A stretch of DNA of 64,000 bases from Chiloscyllium plagiosum. Lineage: Eukaryota. The translations under genes were made by a program, and so were the position numbers. Positions 26,296-37,101 of this stretch are shown one piece after another. The stretch lies in assembly GCF_004010195.1 (NCBI RefSeq), contig NC_057711.1:71000070-71064069 (forward strand), in the 5' to 3' direction. The notes under the pieces are model-generated. The model worked only from the letters and a program-made list of their open reading frames with translations, searched no databases and was not told the DNA's origin. Positions within the stretch are counted from its first letter, which is position 1. Every line of letters begins with the position of its first letter.

Positions 26296-26675
26296 GGTTC
26301 TGTTCGCCGAGCTGGGAATTTGTGTTGCAGACGTTCCGTAGACAACACTAGTATTATAGGGCAAGCCAAACAGAGAACAGCCAGGGAATTCCTAGAGGCA
26401 TGGCATTCATCTACAGATTCAATCAATAAGCACATCGACCTGGACCCAATATACCAGCCACTGCAGCGGACAGCTGGAACTGACAACCGGAAGCGGCAGA
26501 TACAAATCACTATAAATGCCGGAAGAAACATCACAGAAGCGCTTCACAGGAGGCTCCCAAGCACTGAGGATGTCACCTAGACAGGGGACGAAACGTCTGC
26601 AACACAAATTCCCAGCTCGGCGAACAGAACCACAACAACAAGCACCCGAGCTACAAATCTTCTCACAAACTTTGA
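26296..26675 (+). mobile_element. Young truncated PLE (family B) with 40-bp inverted 5' piece and 13-bp TSD
   Basis: TSD atttcataagtat at 26283-26295 and 26676-26688. 26296-26335 is the exact reverse complement of 26592-26631. Encodes SIIGQAKQRTAREFLEAWHSSTDSINKHIDLDPIY. Confidence 0.92.
26561..26600 (+). ncRNA. Minimal type I hammerhead ribozyme, intact (family B)
   Basis: gca-ctgagga-t-gtcacct-agac-aggggac-gaaa-c-gtc-tgc. Helix I gca/tgc, helix II with one mismatch, palindromic helix III; predicted cleavage after C26597. Confidence 0.85.
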
Positions 26676-28679
26676 ATTTCATAAGTATATTAGGGGCAAG
26701 ATTGGAGCCCAGAAAAGACCTAAACTGCGAACTGTAGGTGGAGATGAAGGTGAGCTGGAGGTGAAGATGCAAGTAAACTTTTAAATGAGTGTGTTACATC
26801 TGGGTTCAAGATGGAGAAGAATGATGTAGGTATAGAAATCCAGAAAGAGGATTATGAAATGCTTGAACAAATTACAACCGAGGATGAGGAGATGTAAGTG
26901 ATTTTAACAGGTTTAAAGTCAAATGGGTCTTTAGGTAAGATGTATCCCAGGCTGTTGGAGGAGGCAAGGAAGGAGATTGCAGAAATCTAAACGTGAATTT
27001 TCAAATTCCCTCTGGCCACAAGTGGCGTGCCAGAGAACTGAAAGACAGCTAATGTGGTACCATTACTTAAGGAGGACAGTAGGGATAAACCAGGGAGCTA
27101 TAGGCCAGCAAGTCTGGCATTAATAGGAAGGAAGCTATTGGAAAACTCCGAGAGACAGAATTAATTTCCACTTTGAGAGATAAGAACTAATTAAACCCAC
27201 CTCCAACTAATCAAAGATGGTCACCTTTTTCTTATCAGGGGAAATCATGTCTGACGGGTTTAATTTAGTTTTTCAAAAAGGTGGCTGGATGTGTGCATAA
27301 TGTTGCTGCCTTGGATGTAGTCGATGTGGACTTCAGTAAGGCTTTCGATGATATTTAACAAGATCAAAAATTTAAGAGCCCAAGGGATTTATGAAATTTG
27401 GCAAATAGGATCCAAATTTGTTTTATTGGCAGGAGGCAGAGGGTGAAGGTTGAATGTTGTTTTTGTGACTGGAAGCCTGTGTCCAGTGGTGTACAGTAAA
27501 GTTCAATGCTGGATTCCTTGCTGTTTGTAGTGTACATTAATGATCAAGACATGAATGTAGGAGGTTTGATCAATAAATTTGCAGTTTACACAAAATTTAG
27601 TGGTGCGGCAAATAGCATGGAGGAAAACTTTAGACTTACCGAGTCACAGCAATGTTACAATGCAGAAGGAGTTCATTCTGCCTATTGTTTCTGCACTAGC
27701 CCATTAAATGTGTATCATTACCTATTTCCATTTCCTGATTTTTCTCTATAATTTTGCACATTATTTTAATCCAAATATCCATCTAATGTCATCTTGAATG
27801 TTTCAACTGAACCCGCCTCAACCACACTTCCAGGCACTGCTTTCCATACCCTAACTACATGCTGACCAAAACAGTTTTTCCTCACTTCAATCTTGCTTCT
27901 TTTGTAGATCACTTTAAATCAATCATGTAAACTATTTCTGCCCTCCCTCCAATGCAATCAAATAGTCTTTCTCTAATGTGGTGTCCAGGACTGTAAATGA
28001 ACCACATATATTTCCAGGGTGGTCAGATGGTCAGAACAATGGTAAATGGAATTTAATCCTGAAAAATGTGAGGCAATACATTTTGGAATAATGAACATGG
28101 AAAGTGAGTACTCAATAGATGGTAGGTCTCTAGTGAGTACAGCGGATCTGAAGGACACGTGGTGAACATGTCTAGAGATCTTTAAAGTCAACAATAAGGT
28201 TAAGAAGGGGTATGGAAAACTTGCTTTTATGAGGCAAGGCATTGAATACAAAAGCAGGGAGCTTATTTTTGAGTTATATATAGCATTAGTTAGACAATAG
28301 AGGGATTACTGTGCACATTTCTGGTCATGAAGCTGTGACTGCACTAGAGAGAGTATAGGGGAGATTCACCAGAATATGCTTGCACTGGAACTTTTCAGTA
28401 ATGAAGCAAGATTATATAGGCTAAGGTTGTTTTCCTTAGAGCAGAGAACACTGATCGAGGGAGCTGATGAGGTGTACATGTTCTGAGGCATGTAGATCGG
28501 GTAGGTAGGAAGAAATGTTTCCCCTTTGTAAAGGGATCAATAACAAGGGGTTATAGATGTAAGATAATGACCTGGAAATTTAGAGAAGATTTAAGTAATA
28601 TTATTTTTCAACCACAGGATGGTGAGTATCTGGGTTGCCCGAAAGGGTTGTGGAGGTGGCAACCATTATAACATTTAAG

Positions 28680-28891
28680 ACAAAGTTAAAAATCACACAA
28701 CACAATATTACAGTCCAACAGGTTTATTTGGAAGCACTAGTTTTCAGAGTACTGCTTTACCCCACAAAAACCTGATGATGGAGCAGCGCTCCGAAAGCTA
28801 ATGCTTCCAATTAAACCTGTTGGACTATAACCTGGTGTTGTGTGATTTTTAACTTTGTACACCCCAGTCCAACACCAGCATCTCCAAATCA
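28680..28891 (+). mobile_element. Family C inverted-repeat mini-element carrying a hammerhead
   Basis: Arms at about 28680-28750 and 28790-28858 (acaaagttaaaaatcacacaacac / gtgttgtgtgatttttaactttgt). Confidence 0.8.
28772..28800 (+). ncRNA. Minimal hammerhead ribozyme core (family C)
   Basis: ctgatga-t-ggagc-agc-gctcc-gaaa-gc-ta; palindromic AGCT helix III; helix I is imperfect in this copy. Confidence 0.7.
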
Positions 28892-29579
28892 GAAAATTAT
28901 GTTAATCTTGTGTAAAATACTAATACAGGCCCCATTGTAGTATTGTGCCCAGTGCTAGACAACACACATTAGAAAGTATCAGAGCATTTTGAGAAGGGTC
29001 AAGAAGAAATTATCCTGTGAAATCTTGGCTGTTCTTTTATCCTTCGTGTTTCCTTATTGCTGTCTAAGATGCATCCTCATAACTTTTTAGTCTTCCATTT
29101 TAGTTTTCACGTTTTCACGTTTCTTCTTTCATAATTTGTCCTGTCTCTCTCCTGCTGATATTATTCTTTGTTGCTATCTATTGTCACAGGCGTTCTGTTT
29201 CATCCTTTATATTTGAGCTGTTCTTTCAATATTCTGTTAGTTTCTCACTCACCCTGTTTCTCCATTGCAGTTTAAACCGCTCTTTTGATAAGAGTGGTGT
29301 CTCACACCTTGTTTCCTTCCTGAAAACGTATTTTCTCTTTCAATCTTTCATACAATATTTTTTCCCCATCCATGTTTGGCATAATGGAGAGACTTGCACA
29401 CTCTGACAATCCCTTGATCAATGCCATTGGGAGTTCCTTGCTTCTGATACTGCCAGTCATGGCAGTACCAGAAGCAGTGGTGGATAAAATATAGTCCAAA
29501 ACTCCTCAAAGACAGAACAAAGGAATGCATGGCACTGAATGTGACAGAGAAAGAATCCTGCAGCAGCAAAGTTACCATA

Positions 29580-30280
29580 ATCATTGTGGTTTGACAGGCA
29601 TCAAAAATCTGATCACCAACATCTTAGAATTGTGTGGAAAATGAAGGTACCCCAAGTACTTCACACTAAACAAAATCACAGACAGGTCCTTCTGCTAACA
29701 AGATATTTGGCCTGTTCTTAAATGTTGTGGAAATGAAACTCAAATCAACCTGTGTCCAGTCAGCCAAATATTCCAGCTCCCAAAAATGTTCATGGAGATA
29801 CTCTGGAATGTGCTGCTCTCTTCCCATACCTTTGCAGTCATCACTCTCAACATGCCACAATTTTCAGGGAGATCCTGCCCAAGATCAGCTGCATCAGCTC
29901 AGCCTACTACAAAATTACAACAACAAATGTTTAATGACAAATACCTCTGTAAGTGAAAGTCCAAATGTTTAAGCAACTATTTAGTGTCACCAAATTCCTG
30001 TACTGCTGTGAAACCTGCACTGTGTACGAGAACCATTAAATAGCACAACAGAACTTCCAATGCCACTATTGCAACATTCAAATACAGCCAAACAACTCAT
30101 TGAACAAATGTTAGTTTCCTTCTTGAAGCCAGTTCCAAAAGCATTCAGGCAAAACAACTTTGATGTCCTGATGACCGAAAATGTCTCCCTGACAGCACCA
30201 ACTCTTAAGTGGTCAGTATCCTGGGGAGGACAAAGAAAACACTTCAAAGTCACTCTGAAGTCCACTTGACATTTATGACT
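29580..30280 (+). mobile_element. Ancient RTE-clade LINE fragment
   Basis: GGQRKHFKVTLK (ORF 30060-30269) resembles the RTE/BovB C-terminal GGQRKRFKDTLK; otherwise highly degraded. Confidence 0.5.
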
Positions 30281-32388
30281 GTGAGACGTTTGCCATCAAA
30301 CATTTAAAAAGGTGACAAATTGTTCATCAAGCTACATTATGCTTTATGTCGCCATGTCTTAAAGCGATAACAGAGACTGAAGGGAAAAAAGAAGCATAAC
30401 CTGTGTTCTGGACCCCATTTCATCATGAGGCATCCTGCAATATGTAACCAAAGATCTGTGGATTGCTACTTAGTGCACTGAATTTCATTTTTGTTGTTGG
30501 TCTCCAATTAATCAATTGTAGTTAATTCAGTGAACTTGTTTCGATTATTGTTGCTCAGATTGATCAGCTTAATCAGTCACATGAAGATCCATTATAGAAA
30601 TCTGGGACCCTGAGTAGATGTCATCCTCAAACTGAAGAGCAGATGATGCTGAGATTTTGTCTACTGTGGAGCTTCTCTTTAATGTCTTGTCTGTTCATTG
30701 AACTTCTCCTTTTATGATCTGGTTACTTTTTCATACTTTTTCATCCCTTTTGCTTTCTAAGCTCTGCATTCACCGATTTTGATTCTCTCCCAACCTCTCT
30801 TATTTCCTATGCCAACATCAGCTTTCTATTCTAATTGCTTTAGTTTGTTTTCTATTTCCCACATTAAGTATGAGCTTCACCATCATTTTACTATATACTA
30901 CATCAGAAACCAATTTCCATGGTGGTATTCCAGCTTCTCATTCAGTCTTTTAAATGTTTACTTATTCTAATTTTTCCCATGTTGCTTCCTTAGCTTTCTA
31001 TTGTTTATTTTGCCTTCTCACTGAGGCTCCAGCTTGCCATGTTGCTATCGCAGCTTTCTTCTCAATGTGCTGAAGTGACACTAGCCCACCTGCTTTTTAT
31101 GTTGTTGTATGAATTCTTACTTAATGCACTGAATCTTCCTTTGTTACTGATATTGCTATCATTCAGTAACAATAATGTTTAAGCCAAACATCCATTCTGT
31201 ATAATACTTTTTTTCTGAGTCAAATTACTCTGGAGTCCTTTTAAAGTGGTGGGAGGCACAATTGCTCCTCCATCTCTGGTAAATGCTATTTATGTCGGAG
31301 GGTGAGTGGGTTGGGGTGTAAAATGAACAGGCATCACACCCTTACTGTGCAAGGCCATTTCAAACTGGTTCTGAGTTCAAACAGGCCCCATTTTCACTGA
31401 CCAAATTATTCTTATCCACAATGTTTATATCACAAAATTATGAAGGAGGTTTACATGCTTCTGATGAGTGATTAATGTCTGTTTAAGCATCATAATATAA
31501 TTTTATTTAAATCTCCAGCACTATAAAAATGAAAAAAAAAGACTGAAGCTGTCAGTTGGAGTAAAAGTGAAAACACCTGCTGCACATGTACATTTATTGA
31601 CAGACCATCTGGTGTAGCATGGAAAAATGCATTACGAACCTGCTCCTACAGTTTTATATACTCCATTGGTGACATTTCCTATTGACTGTTATTCCAGCTG
31701 ATCCCATTACAAACACTTGGCTGAGTTTTAAAACCTTTAACATCATTTATGTTAGTGGGTGAAAGGGGGAATTGAGTTTACATTTTGTTTGGCTGTTTAA
31801 ATAAGTGATTAAATGATTATCTGCCATTGTAGTTATTAAGAGAAGTTTGTTTTGGTTAGATTGAGGGGATTAAAAATGTTTGAACAAGTTTCATAAATGT
31901 TATTTTTGTGTCATGTGTATGAGTGAAAGTTTTGTTAGATTGTTAAAAGTTCATCTTTTTCATTTCTATCTGGCTCCTGCGCCTGCTAACAGAAATATAG
32001 GGTGAGTGACTATACAAGCAGCACAGTGGGGTGTGGGGTTGCTATGGGAAGTGATATAGGAGCACATGGTAGATGATGCATGAGGACTGCAGGACCTATC
32101 AGCCTTTTCTATGCCTTGTCCAAAGTCTCAGAGAATCAAGGCACACCTTCTAACCAGCTATGCTCAGCCTGCCTCTGTAACTGCTTCAATACTACATCTG
32201 CACACATGGAGCTCATTTCCATTGAAATGTTGTGCCAAGTCAGGAGAGCTCCAGTCCATGTCCTCAAACAAATCCTCATTGAACGATTTTAATTACATAA
32301 TCTTGTTGTATGTCAGATGAGCAGTTCAGAAACTGGGTATTCTGTGGAGAGTGCCTCACCTCTTGCTTTCTGAAAACCTATCCAAGAG

Positions 32389-32533
32389 GTTAAAAACAAG
32401 GACTGCAGATGCTGTAAACCAAAGTCTAGATTAGAGTGGTGCTGGAAAAGCACAGCAGGTCAGGCAGCATCCGAGGAGCAGGAACCTCGGATGCTGCCTG
32501 ACCTGCTGTGCTTTTCCAGCACCACTCTAATCT
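32389..32533. mobile_element. Mini-PLE (family A variant) forming a perfect 50-bp hairpin
   Basis: Arms 32427-32476 and 32485-32534 are exact reverse complements. TSD aaacctatccaa at 32374-32385 and 32534-32545. Confidence 0.88.
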
Positions 32534-32545
32534 AAACCTATCCAA

Positions 32546-33066
32546 AAGTCAGCAGTGTGATGGAATATTCTCCACTTGCCTGGAGGAGTGCAATTCCTGC
32601 AACGCTCAAGAATCTTGATATCATCCAACCAGCTTGATTGGCACCCCCATCTAATATCTTCAATGTTCATTCCCCCCACTACCAAAACACCAGTGGTGAC
32701 AGTGTGTTTCATCAACAAGATGCACTGCAACAACTCAACAAGGCTCTTCAGAAAACACTTTTAAACTTGTGACTTCTATTACTTTGAAGGTTAAGAGCAA
32801 CAGATATAAAGAACACCTGCAAACTTCCCTCCAAGCCATATTACCATACTGACTTAGAACTATATCATTGCTCCTTCATTTTTGCTGGGTCAAACTCCTG
32901 GAACTCTCTTCCCAAAGACATTCTGGGTATACAATACGTCTCCAGCCATCCACAAAGAATGTATCGGTTTGTGAAAACATCTCTCCACCTTCTCAAGGGC
33001 AACTATGGATAGGCAATAAATTCTGGCCAAACCAGCGACACCCACATCCAGTGAATCAATAAAAAA
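32546..33066 (+). mobile_element. Crack/L2-group LINE 3' end
   Basis: Similar to 4435-4908 (gtgtgatggaatattctccacttgcctgga...ccttctcaagggcaact...gtgaatcaataaaaaa). Confidence 0.7.
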
Positions 33067-33864
33067 TGTTTTACAGATTACATGATTTATTGATTCTACA
33101 ATGATGACTGTAGTCCTGAGATCAAAATTTGATTTCTTTATTCGAAAATAAACATTACAGTCACAGGCAAGTAACGAATGAGTAAAACCTCAATAAATCC
33201 TGCAGGAAACTATGGCAGCATTATTCTTCCAATAAAAAATTTTTGCATTTATATAACGCTTTCACAATCTCAAACCACTTTGCAGGCAATGAAATGCCTT
33301 TTGAAATGTCATCACTGTTGTATTTGAGGAACTGTGACAACTAATTTGTGTTGATCAAAAATTCCCACAAGCATCAAAGAGATACTGACCAGATTATCTG
33401 TTTTTCTTAACAAAGAGTTGTGATGGAAGTGAAAATGATAAGACTAAAATATTGAAGGTGAAGATTTCAGGAAAGTCCAATACTTCCCATTTTCCTTTAA
33501 TTAATCTCTTTCTAAGCACAAATTGTTTTATTTTTCTAATTCTTTTCTTATATCTTTTGAGATTGTTGCTAAATAATAAGTTGTTTGTAAAGTCTCCTGA
33601 GAGCAACGGGAGAGATTACAGATATTCTCTGTCATATCATTTAGACAAGTGACAAAATCTAGTTGACTTCAAAACTAAATGCTCCGAGCAATATATCTGC
33701 TAATAGATATGACTCTTTTTCAAAACTTATTTGCATATTTCCTCAGGATATATTTAAATATATCTTAGTTTTAAAATAAGTTTATTAAAGATTTATGTGA
33801 GCACGCTAAACTGATCATGGTTACCCTGGCTGAGATTATAGTCATTAAGAGCATGTTTTCCTTT

Positions 33865-34505
33865 AGGGTGACATTGAACTTGCATATGACACTTGATAGG
33901 CCTCAGGCAGAGTGTTATGTATTGTTTTACCACATTATAGGAAAGATATGAACACACTGGAAAGAGTGCGAAGACAGTTTACACTGAGGTCCAGGGTTTA
34001 GGCACCTCAGTTATGAGGATATATTGAAGAGGTTGGGACTGTTCTCCATGGAGAGAAAAAGGCTAGGAGGAAATCTGATAGGGAGTTTCAAAATCATATG
34101 CAGACTAGATAGAAAAAATATGGAGAAACTGTCCTCGATCATAACAGGAATAAGATCAAGAGGCCATAAATTCAAAGTGATCGCCAAAAGAAACAAGAGA
34201 GAAGTGAGGAAGACCTATTTCAATTGGTATATAGTTAGGTTATGGAAGAAGAAGGGCATGTGCCCGAAACGTCGAATCTTCTGTTCCCTAGATGCTGCCT
34301 GACCTGCTGTGCTGTTCCAGCAATAAAGTTTCAGCTTAGGTTATGGAAGGCACTGCCTGGGAATGCGGTGGATCCGGGTTTGATTGAGGTATTCAAGAGG
34401 ACAGGGATGATTATTTGTATCAAAATAATGTGAAAGATATGAGGAAAAAGCCGGCAATTGACACGAGGTAATAATGCACATTTAATGAATTGATGCAGGC
34501 CAATA
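33865..34505 (+). mobile_element. Old CR1 3' fragment
   Basis: ORF 34024-34302 RLGLFSMERKRLGGNLI...RSRGHKFKV. Confidence 0.75.
34249..34335 (+). mobile_element. 87-bp mini-PLE starting inside the hammerhead core, 14-bp TSD
   Basis: TSD ttaggttatggaag at 34235-34248 and 34336-34349; insert begins aagaagggcatgtgcccgaaacgtcgaat. Confidence 0.85.
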
Positions 34506-35432
34506 GTGTGGTCAAGTGACCATGGGTCCAAAAGTGTGCAATCTAATTGACCCACAGTCAGAGAATTATCACGGACATAATAGAAAATTGGCCAAACTAA
34601 ATTAAGCAACAGCCAGCAGCTTTCGGCTGCAGAGAACAGTAAGCTTTGACCAAGGTCAAAGTGGTCACAAAGGTTCAGGAGGAACCAGTTACAACCAGCC
34701 CAAAAGTTGTGTATTGGAGAAGTATTGATCAGACTGTCTTGCTAGCGGTGCACTTTTCACAGTGAAGGCATTGACATGACCCCATTGGATGCTTTGAACC
34801 CCACTTATGACCCTGTTGGGCAAAGGTGACAGAACATTCTGGAATGTTCTGGGTGAGGGAGATTAAACCATCCTCAGCCACGCTCTTAGCAAAGATTCAC
34901 AGCAAGACTTGTGGCAGAAGACTGTGCGGCCATCCAAGAAGGCCCAGGAGAAGATCCATTCTGAGCTGCAAGATCCACCTTCGTGGAAGAGAGTCAGCCC
35001 TAAATCAGACAGAAAGGAGATTCCATTAGCCCAGCTCATACACGTGGATCATTCAGGTAATATCCTTTCTCAGACTAATAGAGCTAGATAGAGAATAAAT
35101 ATTGTGGGGACTCAGGAAATGCTAACATGGTGGTTTTACTCTGGAATATTGTGTTAATACTTTTTTTTATTTCAAAATATACTTTATTTATAGAAATAAA
35201 TCTTTGGTACTTGTACAATTTGTCATGTCGTTCATAGATATATACATTGCATGTCTTAACATTACAAAGAACAGATTGAATTACTCGAATTTACAGTTAT
35301 CTTATTTACAGTTCCCTTTATTAACCATCCAGTCTCTTGTTATTTAGCTGTGGCTTCAGCAGAACCCACCTACTGAGTGGGTGCCCTGTTATACTATAGC
35401 AAATGAACCTTTTTTAATCCCAGTTTATGGAG

Positions 35433-36901
35433 TTACCGTTGTCCATTTGACTGTCCTGTTTCTGGGGTAGCTGTCTGCATCCCCATGGTGAGCACGAACT
35501 GCTGGACCCTCGCTGGGCTGAGGTAGCTATCCAGGCTCTCACTGGGGTCATTTACCTGCTCTGGAGTCATTGAGCCAAGGCAAGGGTCCGCACCGTCAAG
35601 TTCTGTGTCTGACAATGGGACTGTCAGAGGATCGCAGCTCTCAGTTGTCTGTAGTTGTGGGGCAGTGGATATCTCCTGGTTCTCACTGGGTGGAGGGTGG
35701 ACTTCGGGGGCTCCGTTGTTTCCTGGTGAGGGTGGACTTCGGGGGCTCCGTTGTTTCCTGGTTGGGAGGAAATGCCCTCCTCTTTATCTACGGCGCTCTG
35801 TCTCTTCTTCTGGTGGTGATGACATTCTTTGCGCCCGTCTTCACCATCCGAAGAGCTGGCCGTCCCTCCCTCGTGCGGCTGTCTTTTCCCCCTTTGCTGG
35901 GAGGCTTTGGAGGCCTGGCCGGATTTTCTCTTCCTGTTTTTAACAGGTATCCACTCCTCTGCCTGCTCGGTTATCTTCTCCTCCATTGCTTCCACCTGCC
36001 CAGCTAGAGCTAGGATCAGCTGCTGTGTCTCTCCGCTGTCTGCCGCCTCCTCTACTACAGCCTGTTCTTCCTTCTGGGTGCCACCAGACTCCGTTTTTCT
36101 GCTGTATGGGTGCACCTTACTGGTCTTTGGGGGTCCACGGCTCACATTGCTACCTCCAGCCATCTATGCGTAAGTGGGGCCCCCCCGTCTGGGGCAGGTC
36201 TTGTACATGTGGCCCGCCTCTTTGCAGCTCTTTGCTTCCTGACAGTCCTTAGTCAGGTGACCCTCCTGTTTGCAGTTCCTGCAGATGGTCACCTTGCAAT
36301 CCGCCGCCACGTGTCCCGACTTCCCGCAGGTTCAGCACACTTTCGGCTGCACTGCATATGTCAGGTAGCCTCTGTTCCCTCCAATTGCGAAGCTCGAGGG
36401 TAGGTGAAGAATGTTCCCATTTCCATCGACCCTCAGAGTTACCCTGACCTGCCGCTTACTGGTCCAGACCCCAAAGGGGTCGATCCCATCGGTGGCTTCT
36501 CCCTCGACTTGGACATACCTTCCCAGGAAGGTCAGGACATCAGCTGCTGGAACATAGGGGTTGTACATATGGATTGTAACAACCCGATTCCTGTGTGCAG
36601 GAAGCACACACAATGGGATTGCCGTCAAGATGGAGAACAGCGGCTCTCCTTCCTTCTCCTTGAAGACCTTCAGGAGCTGTTCGCACTGCTTCACACTTCT
36701 GAAGGTCACATCAAAGTAGCCTGCCCCAGGGAAATCCTGCAGGCATTACACATCCGCTGCAGCGAACCCACAGCATCCCAGCAGCACTTTCTTGATAAAC
36801 AGCATGCGGTCAAGCAGCATACGATCCTCTATTTTCTTCACAGTCACCCGGACGGTGTTTCGAACCCCCTGCCCAGGGCTGCAGGCAGCTGTTGAGGCCA
36901 T
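35433..36901 (-). pseudogene. Disrupted Tx1-clade ORF1 (gag-like CCHC zinc knuckles, ZCCHC3-like)
   Basis: MASTAAC..GVRNTVRVTV...VTIHMYNPYVPAADVLTFLGRYV...FGVWTSKRQVRVTL...FAIGGNRGYLTY..QPKVC*TCGKSGHVAADC..ICRNCKQEGHLTKDC, with frameshifts and a stop. C-terminus is ORF 35433-35615. Confidence 0.88.
35693..35762. repeat. Perfect 35-bp tandem duplication within ORF1
   Basis: gagggtggacttcgggggctccgttgtttcctggt at 35693-35727 and 35728-35762. Confidence 0.95.
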
Positions 36902-37059
36902 AGCTCTGAGGTTGGCTGGTCCCTGAATTGGCATTAGGCCAAAGCCAGCATGAAGACCCACCAATAGCAGGTCGGCACAACCAAACGATCCTCCAACGTC
37001 CAATCACGATCCAGCGATGATCTCCACTAGCTCTGATGACTCGCAACTCGACCCCTGTC

Positions 37060-37101
37060 CTGATAAGAACAGACACTTGACCTTAGCCAAAAGGCCGAGA
37101 A
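37060..37101 (-). pseudogene. U2 snRNA 5' fragment (about nt 6-52, with a 5-nt deletion), part of the element
   Basis: Reverse complement ttctcggccttttggctaaggtcaagtgt-ctgttcttatcag versus vertebrate U2 TTCTCGGCCTTTTGGCTAAGATCAAGTGTAGTATCTGTTCTTATCAG. Confidence 0.92.

Larger units (their letters stand above)
23915..28680 (+). mobile_element. Old long CR1 (end of ORF1 through ORF2) with several nested insertions
   Basis: WLKNCCKKEGFSFLDHW (ORF1 esterase end), GVYYRAPN, FGAFNFP, LLFVVYIND and a CR1 C-terminus at about 28050-28680. Confidence 0.8.
35161..37098 (-). mobile_element. Tx1/Keno-type non-LTR element: U2 snRNA head, ORF1 only, poly(A) end
   Basis: TSD gaatattgtgttaatac (35144-35160) / gaatattgtattaatac (37099-37115). 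T-run at 35161 with AATAAA upstream on the minus strand. Zinc-knuckle ORF1; no ORF2. Confidence 0.9.

Noticed and set aside
35433..36901. Host ZCCHC3 gene
   Set aside because: Frameshifts, an internal stop, TSD, poly(A) and the U2 head identify it as a retroelement ORF1.
37060..37101. Functional U2 snRNA gene
   Set aside because: Only about 42 nt, no Sm site or 3' half, branch-pairing region deleted, and enclosed by a retroelement TSD.
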